This document shows, piece after piece, positions 32,092 through 33,034 of a stretch of DNA of 33,034 bases (its first letter is position 1; every line of letters begins with the position of its first letter). Location of the stretch: the IMG/VR virus record IMGVR_UViG_3300045988_115170, positions 1-33,034 of that record; one strand, written 5' to 3'. The notes under the pieces are model-generated. The model saw nothing but the letters and a program-made list of their open reading frames with translations, had not been told where the DNA came from and did no database searches. The translations under genes and the position numbers were made by a program. This DNA is from a virus.

Positions 32092-32430
32092 ATGATTGTG
32101 TTGCATGGGCTACAGCATAAAGCCATAGGCGTGGGTGACGGAGTTGTTGTCATCAAAAGGGAAAAGACCCTATTTGTTGCCGAACGCCGCAAAGTCATCC
32201 CTATTTCGCAAATCACGGCTGTCAAAATAAAATCACCTGGCGCAATCACGAACGGCTACATCCAAATACAGCTTGCCGGTCAAACCACAGCCGACGCAAG
32301 CAACACTGTCACGGGCGGTACAATGGACGCCGCCAACGATGAAAATGCCGTGATTTTTACTGCTGAGTATCTGCCAAAAGCAGAGCGCGTACAGGCGGAG
32401 ATAAACCGTCAGTTGGCTGAGCAAAAATAA
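32092..32430 (+). CDS. Small lysogeny-module protein (112 aa), bacterial PH-like/DUF4429-like (tentative)
   Basis: AAGGAGG lies 6 nt before the ATG at 32092. The pattern ...IPISQITAVKIKSPGAITNGYIQIQLAG... resembles bacterial PH-domain repeats. It is co-oriented with the repressor and int. Confidence 0.45.
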   Translation: MIVLHGLQHKAIGVGDGVVVIKREKTLFVAERRKVIPISQITAVKIKSPGAITNGYIQIQLAGQTTADASNTVTGGTMDAANDENAVIFTAEYLPKAERVQAEINRQLAEQK

Positions 32431-32473
32431 AAATGCCCGCAGTGTTGGCGCACCGCAGGCATTCAAGATCAGC

Positions 32474-32490
32474 GTGTCCGGAGTGGACAC
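32474..32490. repeat. Palindrome family copy 10 (6-bp arms): GTGTCC-GGAGT-GGACAC
   Basis: Intergenic, 76 nt upstream of the int start. Confidence 0.7.
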
Positions 32491-32565
32491 AATACCGACC
32501 AGCATCTGTATTGTATCACCTCCGGCCACGCTTGTCAAAGTGTATCTATATGGAGGTTGTACAGT

Positions 32566-33034
32566 ATGCCAAAAGTAGCAAAGCGCGCCGACGGCCTGGT
32601 TGAGCGCTGCCGGATCATCAACGGGAAAAAGCGTCATTTCTATGGCCGCACTCTCAAAGAGGTACAGGCAAAGATTGACGCCTCTGTTGTGGAGGCGTCC
32701 GTCCGCAAGGAAAAAGGAGATCCGTTTGGCGATGTGGCCGAGGCTTTCTGGCGGGTCAAAGAGCTGTCAATCAGATATGGCTCCCGCCGGGGCTACCGCC
32801 ACAAAGTAGAGGTTGCTAAAGATTGGTTCGGCCAGCAGGGGATGCGTGAGATCAGCAGCACCGACATCAACCGCCAGCTGACACACATGGCCGCCCAGGG
32901 CTATGCTTATAAGAGCATCGCTGGGCAAAAGTCAGTGTTGTCGCTGATATGGCAGTATTGGTGCGCTGAGATGCACGGCGACACCAACCCCTGCACACTG
33001 TTAAAGTTGCCCCAGGGACTACCCCAAAAAAAAC
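32566..33034 (+). CDS. int: Tyrosine integrase, N-terminal part (arm-binding and core-binding domains); continues at position 2 after the circular junction
   Basis: The ATG at 32566 is preceded by GGAGG. No stop codon occurs before the window end. The last 119 nt are identical to 1..119 and in frame with ORF 20..763. Confidence 0.9.
   Translation, partial: MPKVAKRADGLVERCRIINGKKRHFYGRTLKEVQAKIDASVVEASVRKEKGDPFGDVAEAFWRVKELSIRYGSRRGYRHKVEVAKDWFGQQGMREISSTDINRQLTHMAAQGYAYKSIAGQKSVLSLIWQYWCAEMHGDTNPCTLLKLPQGLPQKK
32916..33034. repeat. Terminal direct repeat copy B (identical to 1..119)
   Basis: See copy A. Confidence 0.95.

Overview
The window is a complete, circularly closed temperate siphovirus-type phage or prophage genome of about 32,915 bp. 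The last 119 bp (32916..33034) repeat the first 119 bp exactly, and a tyrosine integrase gene reads in frame across that junction. The sequence is GC-rich. GGAGG-type Shine-Dalgarno sites and the gene families present suggest a Firmicutes/Clostridia-like host; this is inference only.

The plus strand carries the lysogeny module: a cI-like XRE/S24 repressor, a small PH-like gene, the integrase, and attP. The attP region holds a tRNA 3'-end-like core, its own terminator and arm-type repeats.

The minus strand runs in the following order:
- cro-like gene and early genes, including NinB-like, Zn-ribbon and HNH-like proteins
- SSB, a replication initiator with an internal iteron origin, and a DnaB helicase
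- ParA and a ParB-like protein
- an ArpU/sigma-like late regulator, a terminator and a long structured leader
- HNH, TerS (P27 family), TerL, portal, protease and HK97 capsid
- connector and tail genes, including a G/GT -1 frameshift and the tape measure
- tail tip and fibre genes
- a diversity-generating retroelement (DGR)
- a fibre chaperone and the lysis cassette (M23 endolysin and holins)

Two signals stand out:
- **DGR.** A 117-bp TR/VR pair shows adenine-specific mismatches and diversifies the C-terminus of a tail-fibre/receptor-binding protein. The cassette has no recognisable Avd gene. Its reverse transcriptase carries unusual active-site residues, YVDN instead of YxDD and SH instead of SQ.
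- **Palindrome family.** A perfect 17-21 bp palindrome, (GC)GTGTCCA-N3-TGGACAC(GC), has at least 7 perfect and 3 near-perfect copies dispersed around the whole genome. Copies lie at operon boundaries, directly against ribosome-binding sites and inside coding regions. One copy sits at the parA/parB-like junction, so I propose a ParB/KorB-like centromere or global regulatory site set.
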